Below are positions 19,165 to 28,400 of a DNA stretch of 64,000 nt, one piece after another. This stretch comes from Oceanispirochaeta sp. (lineage in GTDB: Bacteria; Spirochaetota; Spirochaetia; DSM-2461): NCBI GenBank assembly GCA_963663385.2, contig CAXXXD010000004.1, forward strand, positions 736,001-800,000, written 5' to 3'. The position numbers were made by a program, and so were the translations under genes. How positions within the stretch are numbered: the stretch's first letter is position 1; each line of letters opens with the position of its first letter. The notes below the pieces were generated by a model that saw only the letters and a program-made list of their open reading frames with translations, had not been told where the DNA came from and did no database searches.

Positions 19165-20547
19165 TTACAGCAGGAATATAGCCAGTAGCAATACAACCCC
19201 CATGGTTGCCAGGCCCTGAATCCCTGTGGCCACCGTATGGGATTTGTAGGCTGTTTTGATATCCATTCCGGTAAATTCCGCCACAACCCAGAAGTAGGAG
19301 TCGTTGGCATGGGAGACTGTCATGGCTCCTGCTCCGATACTCATCACAGTCAGAACCGATCCGATAGTCGAATCCAGTCTCAGCGTACCCAGCAGGGGCG
19401 CCATTAGGGCCGATGTTGCAACCATGGTTGTCGTGGTGGAGCCCTGGGCTGTTTTAAGAGCGGCGGCAATAAAGAAAGGCAGCAGGATTCCTATATGCCA
19501 GCTGCTCATGGAATCCCCGAGGTAGGCGGACAGCGGCGTGGCTTTGATAATGGCGCCAAAGGCTCCGCCTGCTCCGGTGATCAGGATAATGGGGCCGGCC
19601 ATACGAATCCCCGCACCGATCCATTTCATCAGAACCTCCTCCTTCAGTTCCGGTGCCAGTCCCAGGGCGCAAAGGAATCCGATAAACAGGGCAATAAAGG
19701 GTTTTCCGAGAAATATAAGTATCCCGGTCAAAAAACCCAGCCTGGCAGAAAGGGCCGGGAGGGAGGCAAACGTTCCTATGGCAATCAGGAGGATCGGGAC
19801 GATTATGGGCGAGAACGAGCGGGCTGTGGATGGGAGTTTTCCGTACTGCTCTTCGATGATGCTCTCTCCGCTGAGTCCGTTTCTGAACAACTCCTCATTA
19901 ATAAGGTCCTCCTTTGTCTCCATCTTATTTCCGATAAAACAGGCCCAGCCGTAACCTGCCAGCAGGGGAACAAAGGAGATGCAGAAGCCGTACAGGACGA
20001 CCATTCCCAGGTTGTTTGCCAACCCCAGATTGCCCGCTGCGGCAATAGGCCCCGGAGTGGGGGGAATCAATGTATGGGAGGCATACAGTCCGGTGGAAAG
20101 AGCCACAGCCATGGCCGTTACTCTGGTATGGGCTTTTCTGGTAACTGATTTTCTCATGGCATTGAGGATAATAAAACCGGAATCGCAGAATACCGGGATG
20201 GAAACGAGCCAACCGATAAGGCTCATGGCAAATTCCGGTTTTTTGGGCCCGACCAGCCTGATCACCGTATTGGCCATTTTTAAAGCGGCGCCTGATTTCT
20301 CCAGGAATACTCCTATGATAGAACCAAGAACTATAACAATTCCTATATGGGAGAGGATTGATCCGAACCCATGCCGGATAACCGGTTCAATCTCCTGAAC
20401 ATCAAACTGTCCCAGCGCCGATGCGCTGAGTCCAAGGAAGAGGGAGGCGAAGATCAGGGATATGAAGGGATGGAGTTTAAACACAGAAGAGGCCGCCACG
20501 ATCATTACAATGGAAGCAAATAACAGTAAAATCATTACTAATCCCAT
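19165..20547 (-). CDS. GntP family permease (paralog 2)
   Basis: KLHPFI, VFCDSGF, PPTPGP, AQGS and SHANDSYFW. RBS GGAGG precedes the ATG at 20547. Confidence 0.92.
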   Translation of the reverse strand: MGLVMILLLFASIVMIVAASSVFKLHPFISLIFASLFLGLSASALGQFDVQEIEPVIRHGFGSILSHIGIVIVLGSIIGVFLEKSGAALKMANTVIRLVGPKKPEFAMSLIGWLVSIPVFCDSGFIILNAMRKSVTRKAHTRVTAMAVALSTGLYASHTLIPPTPGPIAAAGNLGLANNLGMVVLYGFCISFVPLLAGYGWACFIGNKMETKEDLINEELFRNGLSGESIIEEQYGKLPSTARSFSPIIVPILLIAIGTFASLPALSARLGFLTGILIFLGKPFIALFIGFLCALGLAPELKEEVLMKWIGAGIRMAGPIILITGAGGAFGAIIKATPLSAYLGDSMSSWHIGILLPFFIAAALKTAQGSTTTTMVATSALMAPLLGTLRLDSTIGSVLTVMSIGAGAMTVSHANDSYFWVVAEFTGMDIKTAYKSHTVATGIQGLATMGVVLLLAIFLL

Positions 20548-20613
20548 ACAGAACCTCCATAGCCCGGGAAAACACATAGTAGCATAATTTAAGGGTGTGA
20601 TGCCTTTTTATAA

Positions 20614-20648
20614 CAGAAATAGGGCTGAAGCCCAATGGGTCAGCCCTG
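20614..20648 (-). terminator. Hairpin or intrinsic terminator between the gntP paralogs
   Basis: AGGGCTGA...TCAGCCCT stem followed by a T-rich tail on the minus strand. Confidence 0.6.
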
Positions 20649-20671
20649 TATTCCCTTTTAACAGCCCGTTT

Positions 20672-22057
20672 TTACAGCAGAATAAAGGAGAGGATCAGAA
20701 CAATGGTTATTGTGACCAGTCCCTGGATCAAAGTGGCAGCCGTCTGTGATTTATATGCCGTCTTAACGTCCATTCCCGTAAACTCAGCCACGACCCAGAA
20801 ATAGGAGTCGTTGGCGTGGGAAACGGTCATGGCTCCGGCGCCGATGCTCATAACAGTCAGGACGGCACCGATGGTGGAGTCCAGCCCGAGGGAGGCAAGG
20901 AGAGGGGCCATCAGGGCGGATGTTGTAACCAGAGCAGTTGTGGAGGAACCCTGAGCTGTTTTAAGAGCCGCAGCTATACAGAAGGGAACAAGGATACCCA
21001 GGCTCCAGCCGCTCATGGACTGCCCCAGATAATCGGCTACGGGAGTCGCTTTGATAATGGCACCGAAAGCTCCACCGGCACCGGTAATAAGGATGATGGG
21101 GCCGGCCAGTTTGATCCCCTCGCCGATCCATTTCATCAGGACTTCCTCATCCAGTCCGGGAGCCAGTCCCAGGGCGAAGAAGAAACCTATAATAAGGGCC
21201 ATTACGGGCTTACCGAAAAACTTGAAAAGATTAGCAATAAAGCCGGTTCCCATCAGGTCTCCGGGGAAGGAGGCGATGGTTCCCAGAGCAATCAGAAGAA
21301 TGGGGATCAGGATGGGAGCGAAAGCCTGAAAAGTGGAAGGCAGCTTACCGTACTGGTTTTCGATAGCTTTCTCTTCCAGATCCAGTCCCTTGGCAAAAGC
21401 CGTTTCATTATCCAGGTCTTCCTGAATCCTGATTTTACCGCCAATGTATTTGGCCCAGAAAAAACCGGCCAGCATAGTAAAGATGGAAATGATCATTCCG
21501 AATATGATTACCAGTCCAAGGCTGTCTTCCAGGCCCAGGTTTCCTGCCGCAGCGATGGGGCCGGGTGTGGGAGGTACAAGAGTATGGGAGGCGTACAGAC
21601 CGGTTGCCAGGGCAACACTCATCATGGTGGCCGATACTTTTGCCTTGTGTGTTACAGACTTTCTTAAGGCGGAAAGGATAACATAACCGGAATCACAGAA
21701 TACAGGGATGGATACGAACCAGCCGATAATGCTCATAGCCAGTCCGGGTCTTTTGGGGCCGACCATTTTCAGGATGGTGTCAGCCATCCTGATGGCTGCT
21801 CCTGATTTTTCCAGGAAAACTCCGATGATGGTTCCCAGAACAATTACGATTCCGATATAGGCAAGTATCCCGCCGAATCCCGAACGGATGGTGGATTCCA
21901 CCGCCATTACATCAAACTGTCCCAGAGCGGATGCCCCCAGACCTACAAACAGTGCCGCAAAAATCAAAGCAATAAAAGGATGCAGCTTAAAAACAGAAGT
22001 GGCTACTACGATCAGCACAATCGATGCTGCGAGCAGCAGAATCATCACTAAACCCAT
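20672..22057 (-). CDS. GntP family permease (paralog 1)
   Basis: Same GntP motifs. RBS GGAGG precedes the ATG at 22057. Confidence 0.92.
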   Translation of the reverse strand: MGLVMILLLAASIVLIVVATSVFKLHPFIALIFAALFVGLGASALGQFDVMAVESTIRSGFGGILAYIGIVIVLGTIIGVFLEKSGAAIRMADTILKMVGPKRPGLAMSIIGWFVSIPVFCDSGYVILSALRKSVTHKAKVSATMMSVALATGLYASHTLVPPTPGPIAAAGNLGLEDSLGLVIIFGMIISIFTMLAGFFWAKYIGGKIRIQEDLDNETAFAKGLDLEEKAIENQYGKLPSTFQAFAPILIPILLIALGTIASFPGDLMGTGFIANLFKFFGKPVMALIIGFFFALGLAPGLDEEVLMKWIGEGIKLAGPIILITGAGGAFGAIIKATPVADYLGQSMSGWSLGILVPFCIAAALKTAQGSSTTALVTTSALMAPLLASLGLDSTIGAVLTVMSIGAGAMTVSHANDSYFWVVAEFTGMDVKTAYKSQTAATLIQGLVTITIVLILSFILL

Positions 22058-22085
22058 ATGATAATCCTCCAAATATAATTTTATA

Positions 22086-22242
22086 TCTGTAGTACAAGTT
22101 GGGGATTTAATACGATTATTACGTCAAAACTTTAAAAATAACCCAAATCTGTACTACAGATTTCATGTTAGCACGGGAATTTAAATTATACCAAACAAAA
22201 AATGAAAAAAATGAGATGTTTTGGCTTCAACTTGTAATACAG
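22086..22242. promoter_or_regulatory. Three FadR/GntR-type operators (TGTAnTACA)
   Basis: TGTAGTACA at 22088-96, AAATCTGTA-C-TACAGATTT at 22145-63 and TGTAATACA at 22233-41. Confidence 0.7.
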
Positions 22243-22269
22243 CTTTTTAAAGGGAGGAAATAGAGAAGA

Positions 22270-22986
22270 TCAGAGGGTATCGTAGAGCCAGGGGTTCCAT
22301 CTGTGGGTATCTTCGGAAGGATCCTGTTTCTGCCGGTCCCGCTTCATCAGTTTATTCAGATTCCTGAGGGTGTACAGCACAGCCAGTTCCGCATCGTTCT
22401 CTTTAATGAAACTGTGAATCATTCGATGAGCGGTAATCTGTTCTGTCAGATCATCCTCATAGATCTCCTGTTTGGGGTAGTGCTGCAGAAGGTCCCATAT
22501 CATAAGGTTGATATTGTGTACCAGCCTGTTGCCCGTCAGGCTCGACAGGATCGTGTGAAAGGTTCTGTCCAGATTGAAAAAATCGTCTGCCCTCCGTTTT
22601 TTCTCCATCTCCATCATAACGGCATCCAGTTCCTGATAGTCGTTTTTATCGTGGTGCTCCAGACAGAGTTCGATGATCAGTTTATCGAGGGCACAGCGCA
22701 TTTCCAGAATCTCCCTGTAATCGTTGCTGTTGAATCTGAGGGTGGGCAGTACGATATTGAGAAAGCTGGATGAATCCTGTTCCGTAACAAAGGACCCGCC
22801 CCCCTTCCTTTTTTTGATCAGTCCTATGGCTGTCAGCTGATCAAGGGCTGCGCGAACCGGACCTCTGGAAACATCGAATTCCCTGCAGAGTTCCGATTCA
22901 GAGGGGAGTCTGTCCCCCGGTTTGAACTCTCCGCCTGCAATCTTTCGTTCGAGGAAGGTATAAATGGACTTGCTTTTTGATGCCAT
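22270..22986 (-). CDS. FadR-subfamily GntR regulator
   Basis: PGDRLPSESELCREFDVSRGPVRAAL plus an FCD-like region. The ORF-track extension to 23100 does not look like coding sequence. Confidence 0.9.
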   Translation of the reverse strand: MASKSKSIYTFLERKIAGGEFKPGDRLPSESELCREFDVSRGPVRAALDQLTAIGLIKKRKGGGSFVTEQDSSSFLNIVLPTLRFNSNDYREILEMRCALDKLIIELCLEHHDKNDYQELDAVMMEMEKKRRADDFFNLDRTFHTILSSLTGNRLVHNINLMIWDLLQHYPKQEIYEDDLTEQITAHRMIHSFIKENDAELAVLYTLRNLNKLMKRDRQKQDPSEDTHRWNPWLYDTL

Positions 22987-23251
22987 AATCCTAAAGATAC
23001 TAAGAATTGCGGGGAGTATACAAGGAGAAACGGTCGGGAATGTATATCCCTGATGGAAGTTGTATCTGGAAATCCGGTAATAAGCACCTGATTTTTTCAA
23101 GGCAGTAGAATCGTTTCCGGAATATAAAATGTCAGTCAGGATAAGAATAATTTCAGATTAATCCTTCCAATGTATTGTATTATAAATAATAAACAATATA
23201 TACTTGTTTTACCTTTCTTTTTTCTGTTTGAATATATAGGAATAATTGAAT

Positions 23252-25318
23252 ATGTATAAAAAGTACCTCCTTCTTGCCGCGATCCTTTTCTGTACGACAG
23301 TTATATTCGCACAGAATAAACTGAACATTCAGGTTAAACCGGGGATATCTATACCTGTCTCGTTTACGGATAATAAATCAATTTTTAAAACGGGGTTTAC
23401 AGGTCAGCTGGCCGGACAGTATTACTTCAACCCGGAATCCCGGTATTTTGCCAATACCCTGTTTTCATACAGTAATAATCCGACAAAAGCCGAAGCTCTT
23501 TCCATGAATCTGTTGGCTCTGGGCGGTGGTATGGGGGTTCTGTTCAATCTGCTGCCTTCCCTGAATATGCAGACGGGACTGAATCTGGGCTGGTACCTTG
23601 GTATGGCCGACGGAGAGACTACCGGTAATCCCTTCACTTCGGCATTTCTTGATTTTAATTTAAACTTGTCTTCTGCCTTCTCTCTTACCCTGGGATCCTC
23701 CTACGATTACTATCTTACGAACAATCAGGGTAAGTACGGTGATCTTTATCAGGGGATAGGTGTTTTTCTGGGAGCCCGCATTACCCCCGGAGCAAAGGTC
23801 AGGAATGCCGATCTGGATTACCAGGGTATCCGGTTTTTACCGGTATTCCCTGTTTTTCATAAATATTACAATGACAATCCCCTTGGATATGTGAATATTC
23901 AGAATAAGGAACGTCTCTCTCTGTATGATCTGGATGTCTCCTTTTATGTCCGTCAGTATATGGACGCTTCCAAGGAGAGTTACCAAATAAAGGAACTGAA
24001 GGCAGGAGAGAGTGTCGAGGTTCCCCTCTATGGCCTTTTTAATATGGATATAATGGATCTTACAGAATCCTCTCTTTCTACGGCTGTGATCAATGTCAGT
24101 TACACCTGGCAGAAGACGGCTATGAGTCAGGAATTTTCCGAATCCCTGCCTATTCAGAACCGGAACGCCATGATCTGGGATGATGATAGAAAGGCTGCGG
24201 CATTTGTCACATCAGGGGATCCCTATGTGCTGCAGTTTGCCAAGAATGCGGGAGGTTTGATCCGGGAGTCCGGCAGCAGCCCGGTCAATCTCAGTTTCCG
24301 CATCGCCATGGGACTCTTTGAGGCATTGAAGGATTACGGTATTAATTATGTTGTTGACCCCCTTACTCCCTACCTGGATCTTTCGGAGAACCGGACTGCC
24401 GTGGATTACCTGCAGTTCCCCCGGCAGACCCTGACCTATAAGGCCGGTGACTGCGATGATCTTACGATCCTGTACTGTTCCCTTTTAAAAGCAGTGGGAA
24501 TGGAAACTGCTTTTATCACTGTGCCCGGGCATATTTATATGGCCTTCAATCCGGGTATCAGCGGAGAAGAGTTGAACAGGAGTTTTAATAACAGGGATAA
24601 TTTTATACTGATTGAAGACGAGGTCTGGGTGCCTGTAGAAATCACCCGGATTCAGGATGGTTTTCTGGATGCCTGGGAGACAGGAGCACGCCTTTGGAGG
24701 GAAAACTCAGAAAAGGATACTCTGGCATTTTTACCTGTTGATGAAGCCCAGAAGATCTACCAGCCTGTGGGGCTCCGGAGTGAGCAGCTGAATCTGGATT
24801 TTCCGGGTAATGAAGAGATCCTCAGCTCCTATCACAGAGCATTCAATCTTTTCCTCTCCCGTGAAATATATACGGAAGAACAGCAGCTGATTCAACTTAT
24901 AAAGAGTTCCGGCGGAAAATCCCGGTATGTGAATAAACTGGGAGTGCTTTATGCCCGCTATGGCTTGTACGATAAAGCGACGGAGCAGTTTGAAAAACTG
25001 GTGCCGCAGGGCTTTCCATCCGCTCTGGTTAATCTGGGTAATATCTCTTTTCTGGAAGGAAACTTCCCGGAAGCTTTGAACTGGTTTTCTCGTGCTGCTG
25101 CATCGAACCCCGATAGTACGGCGATACTGGTAGGGTTGGCCCGGACAAATTACGAGATGGAGAATTATACGGTAGTTAACCGTCTGTATGACAAAATTGT
25201 TCTGGTTAATCCCTCTGCCGCGGAACGCTACGGCTATCTGGTGATGGGGAGCAGCAGTGAAACCAGGGCGGAGAGTCAGAATGAGTTTATTGGCATGGTC
25301 TGGGATGAGGTGGAGTAA
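23252..25318 (+). CDS. Exported protein with putative beta-strand N-domain, transglutaminase-like core and C-terminal TPRs
   Basis: Signal peptide, alternating Gly/aromatic strands, GDCDDL...PGHIY...PVE, and TPR-like NKLGVLY/ALVNLGNI. Confidence 0.7.
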   Translation: MYKKYLLLAAILFCTTVIFAQNKLNIQVKPGISIPVSFTDNKSIFKTGFTGQLAGQYYFNPESRYFANTLFSYSNNPTKAEALSMNLLALGGGMGVLFNLLPSLNMQTGLNLGWYLGMADGETTGNPFTSAFLDFNLNLSSAFSLTLGSSYDYYLTNNQGKYGDLYQGIGVFLGARITPGAKVRNADLDYQGIRFLPVFPVFHKYYNDNPLGYVNIQNKERLSLYDLDVSFYVRQYMDASKESYQIKELKAGESVEVPLYGLFNMDIMDLTESSLSTAVINVSYTWQKTAMSQEFSESLPIQNRNAMIWDDDRKAAAFVTSGDPYVLQFAKNAGGLIRESGSSPVNLSFRIAMGLFEALKDYGINYVVDPLTPYLDLSENRTAVDYLQFPRQTLTYKAGDCDDLTILYCSLLKAVGMETAFITVPGHIYMAFNPGISGEELNRSFNNRDNFILIEDEVWVPVEITRIQDGFLDAWETGARLWRENSEKDTLAFLPVDEAQKIYQPVGLRSEQLNLDFPGNEEILSSYHRAFNLFLSREIYTEEQQLIQLIKSSGGKSRYVNKLGVLYARYGLYDKATEQFEKLVPQGFPSALVNLGNISFLEGNFPEALNWFSRAAASNPDSTAILVGLARTNYEMENYTVVNRLYDKIVLVNPSAAERYGYLVMGSSSETRAESQNEFIGMVWDEVE

Positions 25319-27036
25319 TGAAACGATCAGGATTGACAGGTCCCTTTTTTCTTTCAGTATTACTATTATTGCTTTTCTCCTGTGAAGACGTATTCCGGGA
25401 AAATCTTGAATCCAAGGTTAAGCTGGCGACGGAAGCCCTTGATACGCCTGAGGTTTCGGGGCCGGATTCCACCAGTAACAGTAAACCCACATGGGAGTGG
25501 ACTGTTCCGGACGGAACGGTTAACTTCCGCTATCAGCTTGATGGAACAGAGGGCAGCTGGACGGAGACCAGCGGTAATCAGGCTACTTCCCATACACCAT
25601 CAATAGAGTTGGAAGAGGGAGAACACACCTTTTATGTTCAGGCATTGGGCCCTTCGGGGAAATGGTCCGGATCGGGCAGTAAAACAACCTTGATTGATTT
25701 ATCCGCTCCCACTGTCTCGGCGGGTGAAGATATCCCCTGGACGAATACGGCGGTAACCCTTGCAGGGACAAGCGGCGACACTATGGGAATTACCTCTTTG
25801 TGGGAAGTGGTTCCGGAGAATCCCGGGATTGTTTTTTCAGATGCATCGAGTCTGACCTCCACTGTGGAAGGCCCTGCGGATACGGAAGGATCCTATACGC
25901 TGAAGCTGACCTGTACGGATGCACTGGGGCACTATGCCACCGATGAAGTTATACTTAACTGGGATGCGAAAGCTCCTGTTCCCGGAAACGAGGGAGTTCT
26001 TACCTTTTCTGATGAGACAATTGACAGCCTTACATTGAACTGGACAGCTGCGGGTGATCTGAATAAAGCTGCAATGGAGCTGGAATACAAAATTATCGGA
26101 TCCGACTCTATTAACCACCTGAATACTCTAACAGATTGCCAAACCACGGGAGACGGGCGGTTTACCGTAACAGACTGGACCGCCGGGATTACTTCCGCGA
26201 AAGCGGTGGGATTGAATCCGGCGGGGACTTATTACTTCAATATTCTTGTGAGGGATACTTTAAAACAGGAAAGCCTTTATAGCAAAAAAAAAATTACTTT
26301 GGATCCTGTGCCGCAGAATGTATCGGTACTGCTTCAGCCTTCGGGGAAATTGAAAATCAGCTGGTCTGCTGTTATTGGAGCCGATTGGTATCGGGTTTAC
26401 CGTTCTGATTCGAAAGATGGCGCATATACTCAGATCGGCAGTGATTTTACTGGTGTTGATTATCCGGATGAGGTATGTCCCTCTTCCCATCTCTATTGGT
26501 ACAAGGTCAGTGCGTTTAAAGACGGGTTTGAATCAGATAAGAGTTATGCCTCCTCGGGAGGCCTTTTCTCTGTTCTTCATGCCGGGCCAGCTGGTGGAAC
26601 TATTATCTATGTTGACAATACAGACTCCTATCCAGGATGGACGTACCTTGAAATGGCACCGGAGAATCAATGTTCAATCTGCTGGGACGAAAATTTACCA
26701 GATGATTTTATTTATACCGGTGCTTCCGGAACTGCTATAGGAACAGGCGCTGATAACACGGATGCTATCGTTTTAAAAATGGGAGAAGGGAACTATGCGG
26801 CACAAGTCTGTGCTGATCTTGTTCTGGGGGAGTATGATGACTGGTTTCTTCCTTCGAAAGATGAGCTGAACTTGATGCATGATATTGCAAAAACGTATTC
26901 TTTCACTGCGGGGGAATATTGGAGTTCATCAGAATTGGATAGGTCATTTGCCTATTATCAAAATGTAGATAGTGGTTATCAGGATAAGGATGGAAAGCTT
27001 TTTTACAAATATGTACGAGCCGTTCGGGCATTTTAG
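25318..27036 (+). CDS. Lipoprotein with Ig/Fn3-like domains and C-terminal DUF1566/Lcl-like (C-type lectin fold) domain
   Basis: Lipobox LLLFS/C and Fn3-like LKISWSAV..ADWYRVYRS. The C-terminus is DWFLPSKDEL...YWSSSE...YVRAVRAF. Coupled to the upstream gene (TAATG). Confidence 0.75.
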   Translation: MKRSGLTGPFFLSVLLLLLFSCEDVFRENLESKVKLATEALDTPEVSGPDSTSNSKPTWEWTVPDGTVNFRYQLDGTEGSWTETSGNQATSHTPSIELEEGEHTFYVQALGPSGKWSGSGSKTTLIDLSAPTVSAGEDIPWTNTAVTLAGTSGDTMGITSLWEVVPENPGIVFSDASSLTSTVEGPADTEGSYTLKLTCTDALGHYATDEVILNWDAKAPVPGNEGVLTFSDETIDSLTLNWTAAGDLNKAAMELEYKIIGSDSINHLNTLTDCQTTGDGRFTVTDWTAGITSAKAVGLNPAGTYYFNILVRDTLKQESLYSKKKITLDPVPQNVSVLLQPSGKLKISWSAVIGADWYRVYRSDSKDGAYTQIGSDFTGVDYPDEVCPSSHLYWYKVSAFKDGFESDKSYASSGGLFSVLHAGPAGGTIIYVDNTDSYPGWTYLEMAPENQCSICWDENLPDDFIYTGASGTAIGTGADNTDAIVLKMGEGNYAAQVCADLVLGEYDDWFLPSKDELNLMHDIAKTYSFTAGEYWSSSELDRSFAYYQNVDSGYQDKDGKLFYKYVRAVRAF

Positions 27037-27246
27037 CATTTCTCCCTTTGTTAACAGACAGGGATCAGGTGATTCTCCCGGTCAGGTCCGATGATAAACA
27101 ACAGCTGGAGGGGATGGGGGAACTGAAGCCCTTTTAGTGCTTTACTATTAGAAACAGTTTAACAGGAGCACTATAAAGAACGCCGTATATTGTCGGAATG
27201 TTTTCTCATTGGAATATACGAATCGGAGAAAATACGTATTTTAAAC

Positions 27247-27300
27247 TTGACAACAGCAAAAAATATGTTAATCTGAAAACGTTACCGGTAACGTTGCCGG
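27247..27300 (+). promoter_or_regulatory. Promoter and tandem LacI operators upstream of the LacI gene
   Basis: TTGACA (27247-52), 16 bp spacer, TGn-TAATCT (27269-74), then GAAAACGTTACCGGTAACGTTGCCGG. Confidence 0.75.
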
Positions 27301-27315
27301 AAAGATGGAGTGCCA

Positions 27316-28326
27316 ATGGCGACTATTAAGGACATAGCGAAAAAAGCCAATGTATCAGTTTCTACGGTTTCCCGGGTTCTGAATAGCAAGCCCGATGTAA
27401 AAGCTGAGACAAAGGAAAAAATTGACAGAGCTATTGCAGAACTCGGATTCAGTCCAAGCACCGTTGCCAGGGGACTCGTTCTTAAAAAATCCAATATCAT
27501 CGGTTTTATTGTTCCCGACATAGCCAATCCCAGTTTTCCCGAGTTGGCGAGAGGCGTGGTGAACCGCGCCAGAACTTTGGGGTATTCGGTTATGTTTTTT
27601 GATACGAACCACGACAACCGGGTCGAGGTGGAAGCATTGAATTTAATGCAGGGAAAGCATGTGGACGGTATAATCCTCTCCTTTGATGAAGCGAACAGGG
27701 AGGAGCTGAAAAAACTCAAGGAAGAGCAGTTTCCTGTTGTCCAGATTTACCGGAAATCTTCAGAAAATTCAATTTCGACTGTTGCACTGGATAATGAATA
27801 TGCCGGAGAGATGGCTACGCATTACCTGATTCAAAAGGGGCACAAAAGGATAGGGCTTATCTCTACGGGGGAACGGACTCAATCCGGTTACGAGCGGATG
27901 AAGGGTTACAGAAAAGCCCTTGAAGAGGCGGGGATCTCGCCGGATGAGAAACTCATTCAGGTGGGCAAAAATGATGCCGAATCGGGAAAAGCCTGTATGG
28001 ATTCCCTGCTGCAGCTGGATCCCGCGCCAACAGCTGTCTTTGTCATTCATGACCTGATGGCCGTAGGCGCTTATGAGTCGATTTATGATAAAGGTCTGTC
28101 CATTCCCGGTGATATTTCGATTGTCGGTCATGATAATATCGATTTTTCCAGTTATCTTCGTCCGAAACTGACCACTATCGATACCCATAAATTCCATCTG
28201 GGAGAGATTGGTGTCGATCTACTTGTCGAGGAGATTGATGCGGAAAAGCCCCTCAACCGGGAGGCCGTCATTCAGGCGGAGCTGATTGAGAGGGAGTCTG
28301 TCAGGGATTTATTAAAAACAAGGTAA
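27316..28326 (+). CDS. LacI family transcriptional regulator
   Basis: TIKDIAKKANVSVSTVSRVLN followed by a sugar-binding fold (DISIVGHD, LTTI). Confidence 0.96.
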   Translation: MATIKDIAKKANVSVSTVSRVLNSKPDVKAETKEKIDRAIAELGFSPSTVARGLVLKKSNIIGFIVPDIANPSFPELARGVVNRARTLGYSVMFFDTNHDNRVEVEALNLMQGKHVDGIILSFDEANREELKKLKEEQFPVVQIYRKSSENSISTVALDNEYAGEMATHYLIQKGHKRIGLISTGERTQSGYERMKGYRKALEEAGISPDEKLIQVGKNDAESGKACMDSLLQLDPAPTAVFVIHDLMAVGAYESIYDKGLSIPGDISIVGHDNIDFSSYLRPKLTTIDTHKFHLGEIGVDLLVEEIDAEKPLNREAVIQAELIERESVRDLLKTR

Positions 28327-28344
28327 AAGAATTATTTTACAATT

Positions 28345-28376
28345 TTCCGGTAACGTTACCGAGAACGTTACCGGAA
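28345..28376. promoter_or_regulatory. Tandem LacI operators upstream of the ARH/ABC/citDEF operon
   Basis: CGGTAACGTTACCG (perfect palindrome, 28348-61) overlapping GAGAACGTTACCGG. Confidence 0.75.
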
Positions 28377-28400
28377 GAAAGTGGATGAATAGGAGTCATT

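Noticed and set aside
19495..21667. Long antisense ORFs over the gntP genes (217 and 283 aa), and similar shadow ORFs at 32534-33370, 34247-34984, 48297-49028, 49807-50574 and 57316-58131
   Set aside because: They lie opposite well-supported genes, have no motifs, and are expected from codon bias.
27037..27246. Searched for a DGR template repeat or RT after the CLec-type lipoprotein
   Set aside because: I saw no second copy of the 3' region and no RT ORF in the window.
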